64,000 bases of DNA. It comes from Candidatus Latescibacterota bacterium (lineage in GTDB: Bacteria > Latescibacterota > UBA2968). The translations under genes were made by a program, and so were the position numbers. The first letter of the stretch is position 1. Each line of letters starts with the position of its first letter. This document shows, piece after piece, positions 47,684 through 58,084 of the stretch. Under the pieces are notes generated by a model, which saw nothing but the letters and a program-made list of their open reading frames with translations, searched no databases and was not told where the DNA came from. The stretch covers positions 5,568,001 to 5,632,000 of the forward strand of contig OZ244960.1 in assembly GCA_965222605.1 (NCBI GenBank), written 5' to 3'.

Positions 47684-49557
47684 ACAGGTGTACCGCGTTT
47701 TTTGATCATGATCATAAGTAGAGCAATATCCGCAGGCGAAATGCCGGGAATGCGAGATGCCTGCCCCAGTGATCGGGGTCTGATGCGGGTGAACTTTTCA
47801 ACAGCTTCATTTCGCAAAGCCGCAATGGCATCATAGTCAAAGTTTTCGGGAATGTGTTTTTTTTCCAAATTGTGAAAGCGTTGCACCTGTTCTTCTTGTC
47901 GGTCGAGATATCCTTCGTATTTGAGTTCAATTTCGACCGATTCACACACATCCTCGGGCAGGGTTTCAGCAGCAGGTGACAATTGTGTGACAATGTCGTA
48001 AGATAATTCTGGGCGCCGCAAAAGTTCGGCGAGTGTCACCGCGCGTTTCAACGGGGAAGAATGCGACGCTTTGAGTGTTGTTTGAACATTGTCAGTTGGG
48101 GTGAGGCGCGTTGATCGCAGCCGTTCGATTTCTTCATCGATTTGTCGTTTGCGTTTGCAAAAGCGGTTATACGCCTCGTTGGAGAGCAGGCCAATTTTTC
48201 GTCCGAGTTCGCATAGACGCAAATCCGCGTTGTCCTGCCGCAAGAGCAGGCGATATTCGGCCAGTGAGGTAAACATGCGATAGGGTTCTTCTGTGCCTTT
48301 GGTCACGAGGTCGTCAATTAGCACGCCGATATAAGCCTGCGAGCGATCCAGGATTATGGGATCGTCGTCCCGGGCTGTTAAGGCGGCGTTGATGCCCGCC
48401 ATAATCCCCTGTCCAGCGGCTTCTTCGTATCCAGTGGTGCCGTTGATTTGCCCCGCAAAAAACAGACCGGCGATGGGTTTGGTTTCCAGGGTGGGATGGA
48501 TTTGCGTTGGAGGCACATAGTCGTATTCGACGGCATAGGCCGGGCGCATGATCTCGGCTCGTTCGAGACCGGGAATGCTGCGTACAACCTCGACCTGCAC
48601 ATCTTCGGGCAGGCTCATCGACAGGCCATTGAGATAGACTTCAAGGGTGTGATACCCTTCGGGCTCGAGGAATATTTGATGCCCTTCTTTGTCGGGAAAA
48701 CGCACAATTTTGTCCTCTACCGAGGGGCAATATCGAGGTCCTACACCCTGGATGCGTCCGCTGTACATGGCCGAGCGATCCAGATTGCTGCGAATAATAT
48801 CGTGCGTTTTTTGCACGGTCATTGTGAGATGACAGCTTAGTTGCTCTTGCTCAATGCAGTCGGTATGGTAGGAAAAGGGGCGGGGATCGGTATCGCCGGG
48901 TTGCTCTTCGCATGTGTCAAAGTCGATGCTGCGCGCATTGACGCGCGGTGGCGTGCCAGTTTTGAGCCGCCCGAGTTCAAAGCCGAGTTGCGAGAGGCCG
49001 TCAGATGCTTTGTCGGCTGCTTGCTCACCTGCGCGACCCGCGCTGTAGGAAAAATCGCCCACATGAATGAGGCCCTTGAGGAAGGTGCCCGTGGTCAGAA
49101 TTACGGTTTTGGTGGCAAAAACCGTTTTGGCTTTGGTGACCACGCCCTCAATGCGTCTATTTTTGACCACGAGATCTTCGAGTAAGCCCTGTTTGACATC
49201 GAGGTATGGCTGGTTTTCGACTATTTCTTTCATGCGAAACTGATATGCTTTTTTATCAGCCTGCGCCCGGGGAGCCTGTACGGCGGGGCCTCTGCGCCGA
49301 TTGAGCATGCGAAATTGCAGCCCCGTATCGTCAATATTGCGAGCCATTTCACCGCCCAGAGCATCAATTTCGCGCACCATATGGCCTTTTGCAATGCCGC
49401 CAATGGCCGGGTTGCACGACATCTGTGCGATGGTGTCGAGGTTCATGGTCAGCAGCAGCGTTTCACAGCCCATGCGCGCTGAGGCCAGTGCGGCTTCTGC
49501 TCCCGCATGTCCACCGCCAACAACAATGACGTCGTATTTTTTATCGTAGGTCCACAT
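47680..49557 (-). CDS. mnmG: tRNA uridine-5-carboxymethylaminomethyl synthesis enzyme
   Basis: GGGHAGAEA, SCNPAIGG, GPRYCPS, GQINGTTGYEEA. Confidence 0.97.
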   Translation of the reverse strand: MWTYDKKYDVIVVGGGHAGAEAALASARMGCETLLLTMNLDTIAQMSCNPAIGGIAKGHMVREIDALGGEMARNIDDTGLQFRMLNRRRGPAVQAPRAQADKKAYQFRMKEIVENQPYLDVKQGLLEDLVVKNRRIEGVVTKAKTVFATKTVILTTGTFLKGLIHVGDFSYSAGRAGEQAADKASDGLSQLGFELGRLKTGTPPRVNARSIDFDTCEEQPGDTDPRPFSYHTDCIEQEQLSCHLTMTVQKTHDIIRSNLDRSAMYSGRIQGVGPRYCPSVEDKIVRFPDKEGHQIFLEPEGYHTLEVYLNGLSMSLPEDVQVEVVRSIPGLERAEIMRPAYAVEYDYVPPTQIHPTLETKPIAGLFFAGQINGTTGYEEAAGQGIMAGINAALTARDDDPIILDRSQAYIGVLIDDLVTKGTEEPYRMFTSLAEYRLLLRQDNADLRLCELGRKIGLLSNEAYNRFCKRKRQIDEEIERLRSTRLTPTDNVQTTLKASHSSPLKRAVTLAELLRRPELSYDIVTQLSPAAETLPEDVCESVEIELKYEGYLDRQEEQVQRFHNLEKKHIPENFDYDAIAALRNEAVEKFTRIRPRSLGQASRIPGISPADIALLMIMIKKRGTPV

Positions 49558-49585
49558 ATTTGTTTTTATCGCTGATACTCGTCTG

Positions 49586-50602
49586 CTATGCCTGTGTGCC
49601 AATCGCCAGAAGATGATCGTTTTGGGATTCGCTTTGTATTGTTTCAACTTCAAATCCCAGGTCAGCAATCATCTGGTGTGTATCTTTTACATCCAGGCCA
49701 CCTGTGGTCAAATACCCTTCCATAAAGAGTGAGTTAGCCGGGTACAGTGCCAGGGGTTGGAGAGATCGGAGATTTTTTTCTCGACCACCTGCCACGCGAA
49801 TTTCGGTTGATGGGTTGACAAAGCGGAATAGACACAATGCGCGCAGACAATCGTGTGGGGTCAGAGAATTTTGATTCGACAGGGGCGTTCCCGCGATGGG
49901 GTGTAAGAAATTGACGGGAATGGAGTTGACGCCGAGGTCGCGCAAAGACAGGGCCATATCAATGATGTCATCGTGGGTTTCCCCCATGCCGATAATGCCG
50001 CCGCTGCACGTATCCAGGCCCGCTTTTTGGATGTTGTACAGGGTTTTCAGGCGGTCTGCGTAGGTATGTGTGGATACAATATGCGGGGTATGCGCTTTGC
50101 TGGTGTTGAGGTTGTGATTGACGCGATCGACACCGGCGTCTTTTAAGCGCTGTGCTTTTTCGCCCGTCAGCAAGCCCAAACAACAACAGATGTCGATATT
50201 TACTTCCCGTTTGATCTGGCGGACTACACCTGTAATGGCATCAACTTCATTATCAGTGGGCGCGCGTCCGCTCGTAACAATGCAGTAGCGATACGCACCA
50301 TTTTCTTTAGCTTTGCGGGCTGCATCTATCATTTCACGGGCTGGTCGCAGGGGATATTTATCAATCGGTGCATTTGAGACGGCCGATTGCGAGCAATAGG
50401 CGCAGTCTTCGGGACACAAGCCACTTTTGGCATTCATCAGCACATGAATGTGTACTTTGCTCCCAAAATAATGATGGCGCACCTGGTATGCCGCGTGTAG
50501 AAGCGGCAGAATATCGCGATCAGGCGTTTGAAGAACAGCGTGCATTTCTGCGGTTGATAAGTTGGTCCCGGAGAGGGTCTTTTGGGTATAAGAGGTGTAC
50601 AT
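49586..50602 (-). CDS. bioB: Biotin synthase
   Basis: CPEDCAYC, NHNLNT, RVAGGRE. Confidence 0.95.
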   Translation of the reverse strand: MYTSYTQKTLSGTNLSTAEMHAVLQTPDRDILPLLHAAYQVRHHYFGSKVHIHVLMNAKSGLCPEDCAYCSQSAVSNAPIDKYPLRPAREMIDAARKAKENGAYRYCIVTSGRAPTDNEVDAITGVVRQIKREVNIDICCCLGLLTGEKAQRLKDAGVDRVNHNLNTSKAHTPHIVSTHTYADRLKTLYNIQKAGLDTCSGGIIGMGETHDDIIDMALSLRDLGVNSIPVNFLHPIAGTPLSNQNSLTPHDCLRALCLFRFVNPSTEIRVAGGREKNLRSLQPLALYPANSLFMEGYLTTGGLDVKDTHQMIADLGFEVETIQSESQNDHLLAIGTQA

Positions 50603-50634
50603 AGTATGTCCTGAATGTCTATACTTTTTTGTGG

Positions 50635-50840
50635 TTATCGATAAAATGCAAGGCCGAGGGCTGCGGTTACAACAATGGCCAGAGCGAGATGAAGATTGAG
50701 AAAATTGATGGCTACAAAAGCAGCGATCGCAGCATTGCGATCGCCAACTTCTTCTTGAATGAGGGGAATCATCGAAGGACCGCCGCCATAAGCAAAACGC
50801 CGACTTTGGTGAAAGAAACAAACAGGTGCCACAGCTTCAT
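50635..50840 (-). pseudogene. Chromate transporter remnant
   Basis: MKLWHLFVSFTKVG, frameshift, AYGGGPSMIPLIQEEV joined to the C-terminal helix. Confidence 0.75.
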
Positions 50841-51120
50841 TAAGGTGCTCCTTGTAAGCGTAACAGATTGTTAAACATCAATGTTATGAATAGAATTGCT
50901 TCTTGTGGCGAAGTGGGAATATATCCATTTCACGCTTATGAGACAAGGTAAATCACATCGGGAATAGTCGAAATTGCTAGCTGATTTTACATTGGATTTT
51001 TTGGTCAGATTTTTTACATTTGAGCACGATTTTGTTGTGCGTCAATCTATTTTTGTGTAATTGTGCGGGAAGACGGCGCAATAGAAATGGAATAAGATCT
51101 GGTTTAATCTTTATTTATCG

Positions 51121-51149
51121 TTGACAATTTCGGACCTTTTTCCTATTAT
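51121..51149 (+). promoter_or_regulatory. Sigma70-like promoter
   Basis: TTGACA-17 bp-TATTAT. Confidence 0.65.
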
Positions 51150-51180
51150 GCCCGCTCTTTTTTAGCGGCGATTTACTCCC

Positions 51181-51900
51181 ATGTCGGTATTAAAAAAACT
51201 CCAAAAAATCTGCGATCAGAATCCGACGTCCATTTTATTTGCGCGCCTGGCAGATGGGTTGTTGCAGCAAGGAGAGGTCGCACGCGCAATTGAGGTTTGT
51301 CGCCGCGGATTGCGCTATCGACCGTCATATACGGCGGGCCACGTGGTGATGGGCAAGTGCTATCAGGCGACCGGGCATTATGAAGAAGCGCGTCTGGCGT
51401 TTCAAAGGGTATTGCAATTAGATGCCGGTCATCTTGCCGCACGCTGGTATATGGGCAAAATCGCTTTGCAATTGGGCCGTGACGACCTCGCGCTCAAATA
51501 TTTTGAACAGGCTCATGTACGCGATCCATTTAGTCTCGAACTCATAGAGCAGATTCGCAAACTCAAAGGCGAGGCGGTTAAAGAGGAGCAAGACAACGGT
51601 CCTGAGTCTGACGGTCCTGGAGTCGTATCAGAGAGCGAGGCATTTGCTCAGGCTCTCTTAGAGAAAGATGTCGAGGACGATTTAGATGTACTGGTTATGT
51701 CGCTCAAACGCGAACCAAAATCCGGGGGAGAAGCCCCTGTTATTGCAACGATCACGTTGGCCGAGCTTTACGCGAGCCAGGGCCTTATTCAGGAGGCCAT
51801 CGCAATTTTTGAACAGGTGATTGCACGCGAACCCGACAATGAGCATATTATTGCCCGCCTGGATGCGTTGCGGAATCTGCCGGAATCAGAGGGATTATGA
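51181..51900 (+). CDS. Tetratricopeptide repeat protein
   Basis: FARLAD, TPR helices, C-terminal TITLAELYASQG. Confidence 0.85.
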   Translation: MSVLKKLQKICDQNPTSILFARLADGLLQQGEVARAIEVCRRGLRYRPSYTAGHVVMGKCYQATGHYEEARLAFQRVLQLDAGHLAARWYMGKIALQLGRDDLALKYFEQAHVRDPFSLELIEQIRKLKGEAVKEEQDNGPESDGPGVVSESEAFAQALLEKDVEDDLDVLVMSLKREPKSGGEAPVIATITLAELYASQGLIQEAIAIFEQVIAREPDNEHIIARLDALRNLPESEGL

Positions 51901-52396
51901 ATCAATCCGAAAGTGAGTATGACGGAATTGCGGAGGCCTATAGGGATTCCAAGCAACTCTCATTCCGAAAATATGTGGCACAACTCGATATGGCTGAATC
52001 TGTCGATGTCGTGATGGCGATGTATCTTTTAAATTATGCCGGGACAAAAGAGGAACTTCTCAATTTTGTCCATGTGGCTTATAATAGACTGCGACCGGGG
52101 GGCGATTTATCGGATTCAATGACAATGTCCAGGATGTTCCCAGGGGAACTATCTCCTTCGCCCAATACGGCGATGTTATTTCGTATCAAATGATCAATGA
52201 AGATGGCACGCGGTTTGAGTTTAAGAATTATTTTCTCAAACCAGAAACGTATCAGTGGGCCTTTCAGAAAGCTGGTTTTTCCGATTTTCAATGGATTGGT
52301 GCGTTTATACACCCATCTCAGCAGCACAACCCATTTTGGGATGCTTTTATATCTCATCCCCCACTTATTGGCTTTAGCGCGTCAAAGCAAGGATAA
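51897..52396 (+). pseudogene. SAM methyltransferase with internal deletions and frameshift
   Basis: YDGIAEAY N-terminus, SAM motif I missing, YLLNYA..LRPGG, C-terminus in another frame. Confidence 0.7.
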
Positions 52397-52400
52397 TTTT

Positions 52401-52958
52401 ATGGTTTCTACTTCTGACTTTCGCAATGGTATGGTTATTCGCCTGGATGGGCAGCTTTTTTTTATGACTGAGTTTGAGCATTTTAAGCCCGGCAAAGGTG
52501 CTGCGGTCGTGCGCACCAGGCTCAAGGGTGTAAAGTCGGGTGCTGTGATTGACCGCACATTCCGGTCGGGCGACAAAGTAGATGATGTTCGCCTGGAAAA
52601 ACGAAAGAGCCAATACTTATATAAACAAGATACGTTTTACATTTTTATGGATACCCGCACCTACGACCAATACGAAGTGACCACAGAGACTGTGGGCGAT
52701 GCGCAAAAGCTGTTGCAGGAAAATGAGATTGTCGATGTACTGATTGCCGAGGGAAGTGCCCTGGGTGTGGAACTGCCCATTTTTGTGAAATTGAAAGTCG
52801 ATCAAACCGATCCCGGCTTGCGAGGCGATACGGCCACTGGCGGCACAAAGCCCGCGCGCGTAGAGACCGGGGCGACAGTACAGGTTCCGCTATTTGTCGA
52901 GATTGGCGATGTGTTAAAAATTGATACGCGCACCCAATCTTATGTCGAACGGGTTTAG
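52401..52958 (+). CDS. efp: Elongation factor P
   Basis: KPGKG, PGLRGDT, VPLF. Confidence 0.97.
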   Translation: MVSTSDFRNGMVIRLDGQLFFMTEFEHFKPGKGAAVVRTRLKGVKSGAVIDRTFRSGDKVDDVRLEKRKSQYLYKQDTFYIFMDTRTYDQYEVTTETVGDAQKLLQENEIVDVLIAEGSALGVELPIFVKLKVDQTDPGLRGDTATGGTKPARVETGATVQVPLFVEIGDVLKIDTRTQSYVERV

Positions 52959-52967
52959 GAGATCATT

Positions 52968-53453
52968 GTGAAAATTTCCAAACAGATAATAGCGAGTGCA
53001 AAAGAACTCATCGATCTGATTGGTGCCGATGATGTGCAGGAAGTTGAGATTGAACGCAAGCTCTTTGGGCGCGGGCGCATTCGCATTGTGCGCGCAAGTA
53101 AGCAAGTCCCCATTTTGCAAACGCTGGCCGCACAACCGGCGTCAGCATCTGCACCTGTTGATGCACTTGAGTCTCCGGCTGAAGATGCAGTAAGTGAAGA
53201 CGATGGCCGCTATCATACTTTGCGATCGCCTATGGTGGGTATGTTTTACCAATCGCCAGACCCCGATGCACCGCCTTATGCAACAGAGGGCGATGAGGTG
53301 ACGAGAGGACAGACCCTGTGCATTATTGAAGCCATGAAAATTATGAATGAAATCGAGTGTGATGTGAATGGTCGTGTGGTGCGCGTACTGGTTGAAAATG
53401 CCGCACCCGTCGAATACAATACGCCCTTGTTTTTAATTGATCCACAAAAGTAG
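52968..53453 (+). CDS. accB: Biotin carboxyl carrier protein
   Basis: SPMVG, EAMKIMNEI. Confidence 0.95.
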   Translation: MKISKQIIASAKELIDLIGADDVQEVEIERKLFGRGRIRIVRASKQVPILQTLAAQPASASAPVDALESPAEDAVSEDDGRYHTLRSPMVGMFYQSPDPDAPPYATEGDEVTRGQTLCIIEAMKIMNEIECDVNGRVVRVLVENAAPVEYNTPLFLIDPQK

Positions 53454-53552
53454 CCGTGACCCTTTCGGGGATGCACGTTCGCTTATTGTCGCTTGCCCTC
53501 CCCCTGCGAATGAGCAGGCCCTATTGACCTTTCCTTTTTTGAGATCATACCC

Positions 53553-54896
53553 TTGTTTGAGAAAGTTCTCATTGCCGACCGCGGCGAGATTGCGCTGCGT
53601 ATTATCCGAGCCTGTAAAGAGTTGGGCCTGAAAACTGTGGCCGTTTACTCCGAAGCGGATAGCAATTCACTGCATGTCGGTATGGCCGATGAAGATGTTT
53701 GTATTGGTCCACCTCCCGGCGAGCAAAGTTATCGAAATATCCCGCGCATTTTAAGTGCTGCTGAAGTGACTAATGCCGATGCGATTCATCCGGGCTATGG
53801 GCCGCTGGCCGAGAATGCCGAGTTTGCCGAAATTTGCGGCACCTGCGGCATTGTTTTTATTGGCCCATCTGCCGAAGCGATACGCAAAATGGGCGATAAG
53901 GCCATTGCAAGAGAGACCATGCAAGAGGCCGGTGTGCCCGTTGCGCCGGGTACAGGGGTTTTGGAGAGCTATGAGGAAGCCCAACAGGCCGCGCGTAGCA
54001 TTGGATACCCCGTGCGTCTCAAGGCCGTGGCAGGCGGAGGCGGACGGGGAATGCGCACTGTGTTTTCAGAGGGCGAGTTGGAACGCGCGTGGCAAATGGC
54101 GCAGGCCGAGGCGCGGGCGGCATTTACGTCGGGTGCGCTCTATTTGGAAAAAGAGATTGTGCAGCCCCGGCATGTTGAGATTCAAGTGTTGGGAGATTTG
54201 GCGGGGAATATTGTGCATTTGGGGGAACGCGAGTGTTCGGTGCAGCGTCGGCACCAAAAGCTCATTGAAGAGTCGCCTTCTCCTGTGGTCGATGACGCCA
54301 TGCGCCAGCGCATGGGAGATGCCGCTATTAAAGGTGCCCTCTCGGTTGGATATGCCAGTGCTGGCACGGTTGAGTTTTTGCTCGACGCTTCCGGTGACTT
54401 TTATTTTTTGGAAATGAACACGCGCATTCAGGTCGAACACCCGGTTACGGAGATGGTGGCAAGACTCGATCTGGTCAAATGGCAGATCCACATCGCAGCC
54501 GGTGCATCTCTTCCAATGTCTCAAGATATGCTTGATTTCAAAGGGCATGCTATTGAGTGTCGGATCAATGCCGAAGACCCCGAGCACAATTTCAGGCCCG
54601 CACCCGGCACAATTACTTCTTTTCACATGCCGGGTGGCCCGGGCATTCGCATTGATTCACATGTATATACGGGATATACCGTTCCCCCTCAGTACGATTC
54701 CCTTTTGGTCAAGCTCATCGGATATGGCGACACGCGCGACGAGGCAATTGCGCGGGTGATACGCGCGCTGGAAGAGTTTGTGATCGAAGGCGTGCCAACG
54801 ACCATTCCCTTTCATCTCCATGCCTTGCAACATGAGGATTTTAGAACAGGACGAGCAACAACAGAATTTGTGAACAAGTTGGGCTATGGGGGTTGA
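53553..54896 (+). CDS. accC: Biotin carboxylase
   Basis: [25 protein letters not shown]. Confidence 0.96.
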   Translation: MFEKVLIADRGEIALRIIRACKELGLKTVAVYSEADSNSLHVGMADEDVCIGPPPGEQSYRNIPRILSAAEVTNADAIHPGYGPLAENAEFAEICGTCGIVFIGPSAEAIRKMGDKAIARETMQEAGVPVAPGTGVLESYEEAQQAARSIGYPVRLKAVAGGGGRGMRTVFSEGELERAWQMAQAEARAAFTSGALYLEKEIVQPRHVEIQVLGDLAGNIVHLGERECSVQRRHQKLIEESPSPVVDDAMRQRMGDAAIKGALSVGYASAGTVEFLLDASGDFYFLEMNTRIQVEHPVTEMVARLDLVKWQIHIAAGASLPMSQDMLDFKGHAIECRINAEDPEHNFRPAPGTITSFHMPGGPGIRIDSHVYTGYTVPPQYDSLLVKLIGYGDTRDEAIARVIRALEEFVIEGVPTTIPFHLHALQHEDFRTGRATTEFVNKLGYGG

Positions 54897-54938
54897 AGCC
54901 CATTCTCACCCATAGGCAAAGGTACAAAGGAGCAGAAA

Positions 54939-55322
54939 ATGTCGGATATTCCAAAAGATTTACTTTTTAATAGCGATCACGACTGGGTTCGAATTGAAGG
55001 TGATACGGGCACATGTGGGATTACGGATTACGCGCAGGGCGAGTTGGGCGATATTGTATTTTTAGAATTGCCAGAGCCTGGCGATTTTGTCGCTCAGGGG
55101 GAGTCTTATGGCATAATTGAGGCGGTCAAGACTGTGTCCGATCTCATTGCACCGGTTTCGGGTGAGGTGGTTGATGTCAATACCCAGTTGACAGATGATG
55201 CTGCTCTGGTCAATGACGAGCCTTATGGTGATGGGTGGATGATTCAAGTGCGTCTTTCAGATCCTTCAGAGACAGAGTTTTTAATGGATGCACATGCCTA
55301 TGCGGGCCTGGTTGATGAGTAA
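54939..55322 (+). CDS. gcvH: Glycine cleavage system H protein
   Basis: GITDYAQ, EAVKTVSD, PYGDGW. Confidence 0.95.
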   Translation: MSDIPKDLLFNSDHDWVRIEGDTGTCGITDYAQGELGDIVFLELPEPGDFVAQGESYGIIEAVKTVSDLIAPVSGEVVDVNTQLTDDAALVNDEPYGDGWMIQVRLSDPSETEFLMDAHAYAGLVDE

Positions 55323-55370
55323 GAGATGTTGCGCCATTTTGCCCGATCTATAAGAAAGAGGATTTGTGCA

Positions 55371-55493
55371 ATGCGTATTCAAACGGGTGTCAATTCTGAG
55401 TTTGAAGACCAATTGTGGCCTGCTGCCATCAAATTCCAAGGCACCATGGACGTGGCCGAGTACAAGCATGTTGTGCTCGGCTTTATTTTTTAA
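55371..55493 (+). pseudogene. Type I R-M HsdM N-terminal fragment
   Basis: FEDQLWPAA..MDVAEYKHVVLGFIF*. Confidence 0.75.
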
Positions 55494-55659
55494 TTACATT
55501 TTAGTTTGAGTTTTACACCGAGCGGGGCAATTCTATTCCTGCTGTACTAAAAGAATGGAAAGCTATTTGCCGGTCAGATGATGAATTTGCTGAAATTAGA
55601 AACCAATGGATACGCCAGAATTAGCATGAACGTTTCGATTAGTAGGACAGGAGTTCGCA

Positions 55660-57210
55660 ATGACCCTTCAAACCCTCTTCTCCCAAATCGCTTTGGGAGA
55701 AGACAGTACCCGCCAGTTCAAGGTTGATGTGCGTAATGCCGCATCATTGGCCTCTGAGATGGCGGCGTTTGCCAATTCCAATGGGGGCACAATTTTTATT
55801 GGTGTAGCTGATGACGGTACCACACCGGGGCTTGGTATGGCGGATGTTTCCCGCATCAACCAACTCATCAGCAATGCCGCGAGTCAATTGGTGCGTAGTC
55901 CTTTGATCGTGCAGACAGAGAATGTGGCACTGGACAATGGCTGCCTCGTGATTGTGCTAACTGTGCCCAAGGGTATTGACAAACCCTATTTCGACAATAA
56001 CGGGGTAATCTGGTTGAAGACCGGGGCGGACAAGCGGCGGGTGAATTCGAAAGAAGAACTGCGTCGGCTGTTCCAGATCTCCGCGCAGTTTTATGCAGAT
56101 GAATTACCCACTCAGGCGGGCGTTGACAAATTGGATAAATTGCGTTTTCGCGATTTTTTGCGTGAGGTTCATAATCAAGATTACCCGGATACCTCCGAAG
56201 AAATGGTCCGCCTGCTCCAAAACATGAATCTCGCCACTGAGGATGGATATTTGAATCTGGCGGGCGTACTGATGTTTGCTGAGCAGCCAGAATGGATCAC
56301 ACCGCAGTTCGTCGTAAAAGCCATCCGCTATCCCGGCAATAAAATTCACGTCACAGACTATGTTGATACCGAGGATTTCGCTGGGCCATTGCCCAAGGTC
56401 TTTGATGATACCCTGGCTTTTGTCATGCGTAATTTGCACAAGGTGCAGGCCGGACGCGGCGTAAATGCGCCGGGATTGCCAGAAGTTCCAATAAGTGTGT
56501 TCGAAGAGTTGCTGGTCAATGCTCTGGTGCATCGGGATTATCTGGTAAGCGCGCCGATCCGACTGTTCATTTTCGACAATCGCATTGAAATCATCAGTCC
56601 TGGTCATTTGCCCAACAATCTGACTGTTGAAAAAATCCTATCCGGCAATTCCAATATCCGCAACCCAATTTTGGTTTCTTATGTGGCTAAGGGACTATTG
56701 CCCTATCACGGATTGGGTTCTGGCATCAAACGCGCCCTGGATGCATGGCCGCAGCTCGATTTTGTGGATGACCATGAGGGCAACTTATTTACCGCAACGG
56801 TTCACCGAAAGCCCGTAGAAGAACTGAGATTAGTGGATGCTTTGCCAAAAAGTTCGGAGAAAAGTTCGGAAAAGAATCAAAATTTAGATAAAAGTTCGGA
56901 GAAAAGTTCGGAGAAAAGTTCGGAGAAAAGTTCGGAAAAGAATCAAAATTTAGATAAAAGTTCGGAGAAAAGTTCGGAGAAAAGTTCGGAGAAAAGTTCG
57001 GAGAAAAGTTCGGAGAAAAGTTCGGAGAAAACGGATGTCGAGATTTTGGCCAGACTCACGGAAAACCCCGACATGACGATTGCCAAACTCGCTGAAGCAC
57101 TCAGTGTCACCACGCGCGCTATCGAAAAACAGCTTGCCAAACTACAAGAACAAGACCGCCTACGCCGCGTTGGTCCAGCCAGAGGGGGGCATTGGGAGGT
57201 GCTGAGTTGA
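55660..57210 (+). CDS. AlbA_2 (Schlafen-like) + HATPase_c_4 + HTH protein
   Basis: AFANSNGG, NALVHRDY, RNP, GSGI, GGHWEV. Confidence 0.88.
   Translation: MTLQTLFSQIALGEDSTRQFKVDVRNAASLASEMAAFANSNGGTIFIGVADDGTTPGLGMADVSRINQLISNAASQLVRSPLIVQTENVALDNGCLVIVLTVPKGIDKPYFDNNGVIWLKTGADKRRVNSKEELRRLFQISAQFYADELPTQAGVDKLDKLRFRDFLREVHNQDYPDTSEEMVRLLQNMNLATEDGYLNLAGVLMFAEQPEWITPQFVVKAIRYPGNKIHVTDYVDTEDFAGPLPKVFDDTLAFVMRNLHKVQAGRGVNAPGLPEVPISVFEELLVNALVHRDYLVSAPIRLFIFDNRIEIISPGHLPNNLTVEKILSGNSNIRNPILVSYVAKGLLPYHGLGSGIKRALDAWPQLDFVDDHEGNLFTATVHRKPVEELRLVDALPKSSEKSSEKNQNLDKSSEKSSEKSSEKSSEKNQNLDKSSEKSSEKSSEKSSEKSSEKSSEKTDVEILARLTENPDMTIAKLAEALSVTTRAIEKQLAKLQEQDRLRRVGPARGGHWEVLS
56848..57030 (+). repeat. 12-bp coding tandem repeat (SSEK)
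   Basis: AAAAGTTCGGAG units in blocks of 2, 4 and 6 separated by NQNLDK. Confidence 0.95.
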
Positions 57211-57263
57211 CCCGCATTATCGAACCGGCAGGCAGTTGCACCGCCCTGTCTTAATGCGAATAA

Positions 57264-57322
57264 CTGATGTTACGCAGTTTATCGGAGCGGTGTACAACTG
57301 TACAGTCGCAGCACAACATCAG
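57264..57322. mobile_element. 59-bp MITE-like relic with IS701-like ends
   Basis: Left end CTGATGTTACGCAGTTT identical to 18598-18614; right end GCACAACATCAG. Confidence 0.6.
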
Positions 57323-57515
57323 TATAGCAGGTCAAATGGTTCATGTCACCACAATATCTTGTATATTCTATTTTTTTTGAATTACAATATATTGCGTTGC
57401 TGTTTAAGAGCAGTGAATAAGGCTTGACACCTTGTAGTCAATGCGATATATCATGAGGATTTATGGTAGAGAGTGGATGGGAGGAGGCTAATCGCTATTT
57501 TTGAGGTGTTTTATC

Positions 57516-58043
57516 ATGCCCGTGACGATGCCCACAGTGCTCAATCAGTCTGTGCTGGTGCTCAATCAGAGTTACGAACCACTGCATGTGTGTTCTGTAC
57601 GCAGGGCTATTGTGCTGGTTTTTCGAGGTCGAGCAGAAGTGGTTGAAGCGTGCGACTCTCGTATCCATACGGTGAGCGATTCATTCCCCGTGCCGAGTGT
57701 GGTGCGTCTGGCCGTATATGTGCGTGTGCCTCTCAAGCCACTCGCCTTGACCAAGCGCAATATCTTAAAACGCGATGGGTTCCAGTGTCAGTATTGTGGT
57801 GTTCGCCGCGGTCCATTTACCATTGATCATGTGGTGCCGAGATCTCATAATGGGCGCAATTCATGGGACAATCTGGTATGCGCCTGTAATCGGTGCAACA
57901 ACCGCAAGGGCGACCATACGCCTGCAGAAGCCGGTTTGTCATTATTGCGCAAGCCGCAGTCTCCCAACCGCGTGACCTTTATTCGACATCATATCGGGGT
58001 GCCAGACCGTCGCTGGCGTCCCTATCTTTTTATGGATGATTAA
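57516..58043 (+). CDS. HNH endonuclease
   Basis: [23 protein letters not shown]. Confidence 0.92.
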   Translation: MPVTMPTVLNQSVLVLNQSYEPLHVCSVRRAIVLVFRGRAEVVEACDSRIHTVSDSFPVPSVVRLAVYVRVPLKPLALTKRNILKRDGFQCQYCGVRRGPFTIDHVVPRSHNGRNSWDNLVCACNRCNNRKGDHTPAEAGLSLLRKPQSPNRVTFIRHHIGVPDRRWRPYLFMDD

Positions 58044-58084
58044 AAAGGCTGGGACTGGCGGTTTTTATCAGTCCCCTCAAATGC

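Noticed and set aside
50852-50877. BirA operator upstream of bioB
   Set aside because: Half-sites are imperfect and only about 10 bp apart, shorter than the known spacing
56848-57030. CRISPR array
   Set aside because: In-frame 12-bp coding repeats without unique spacers; no cas genes in the window
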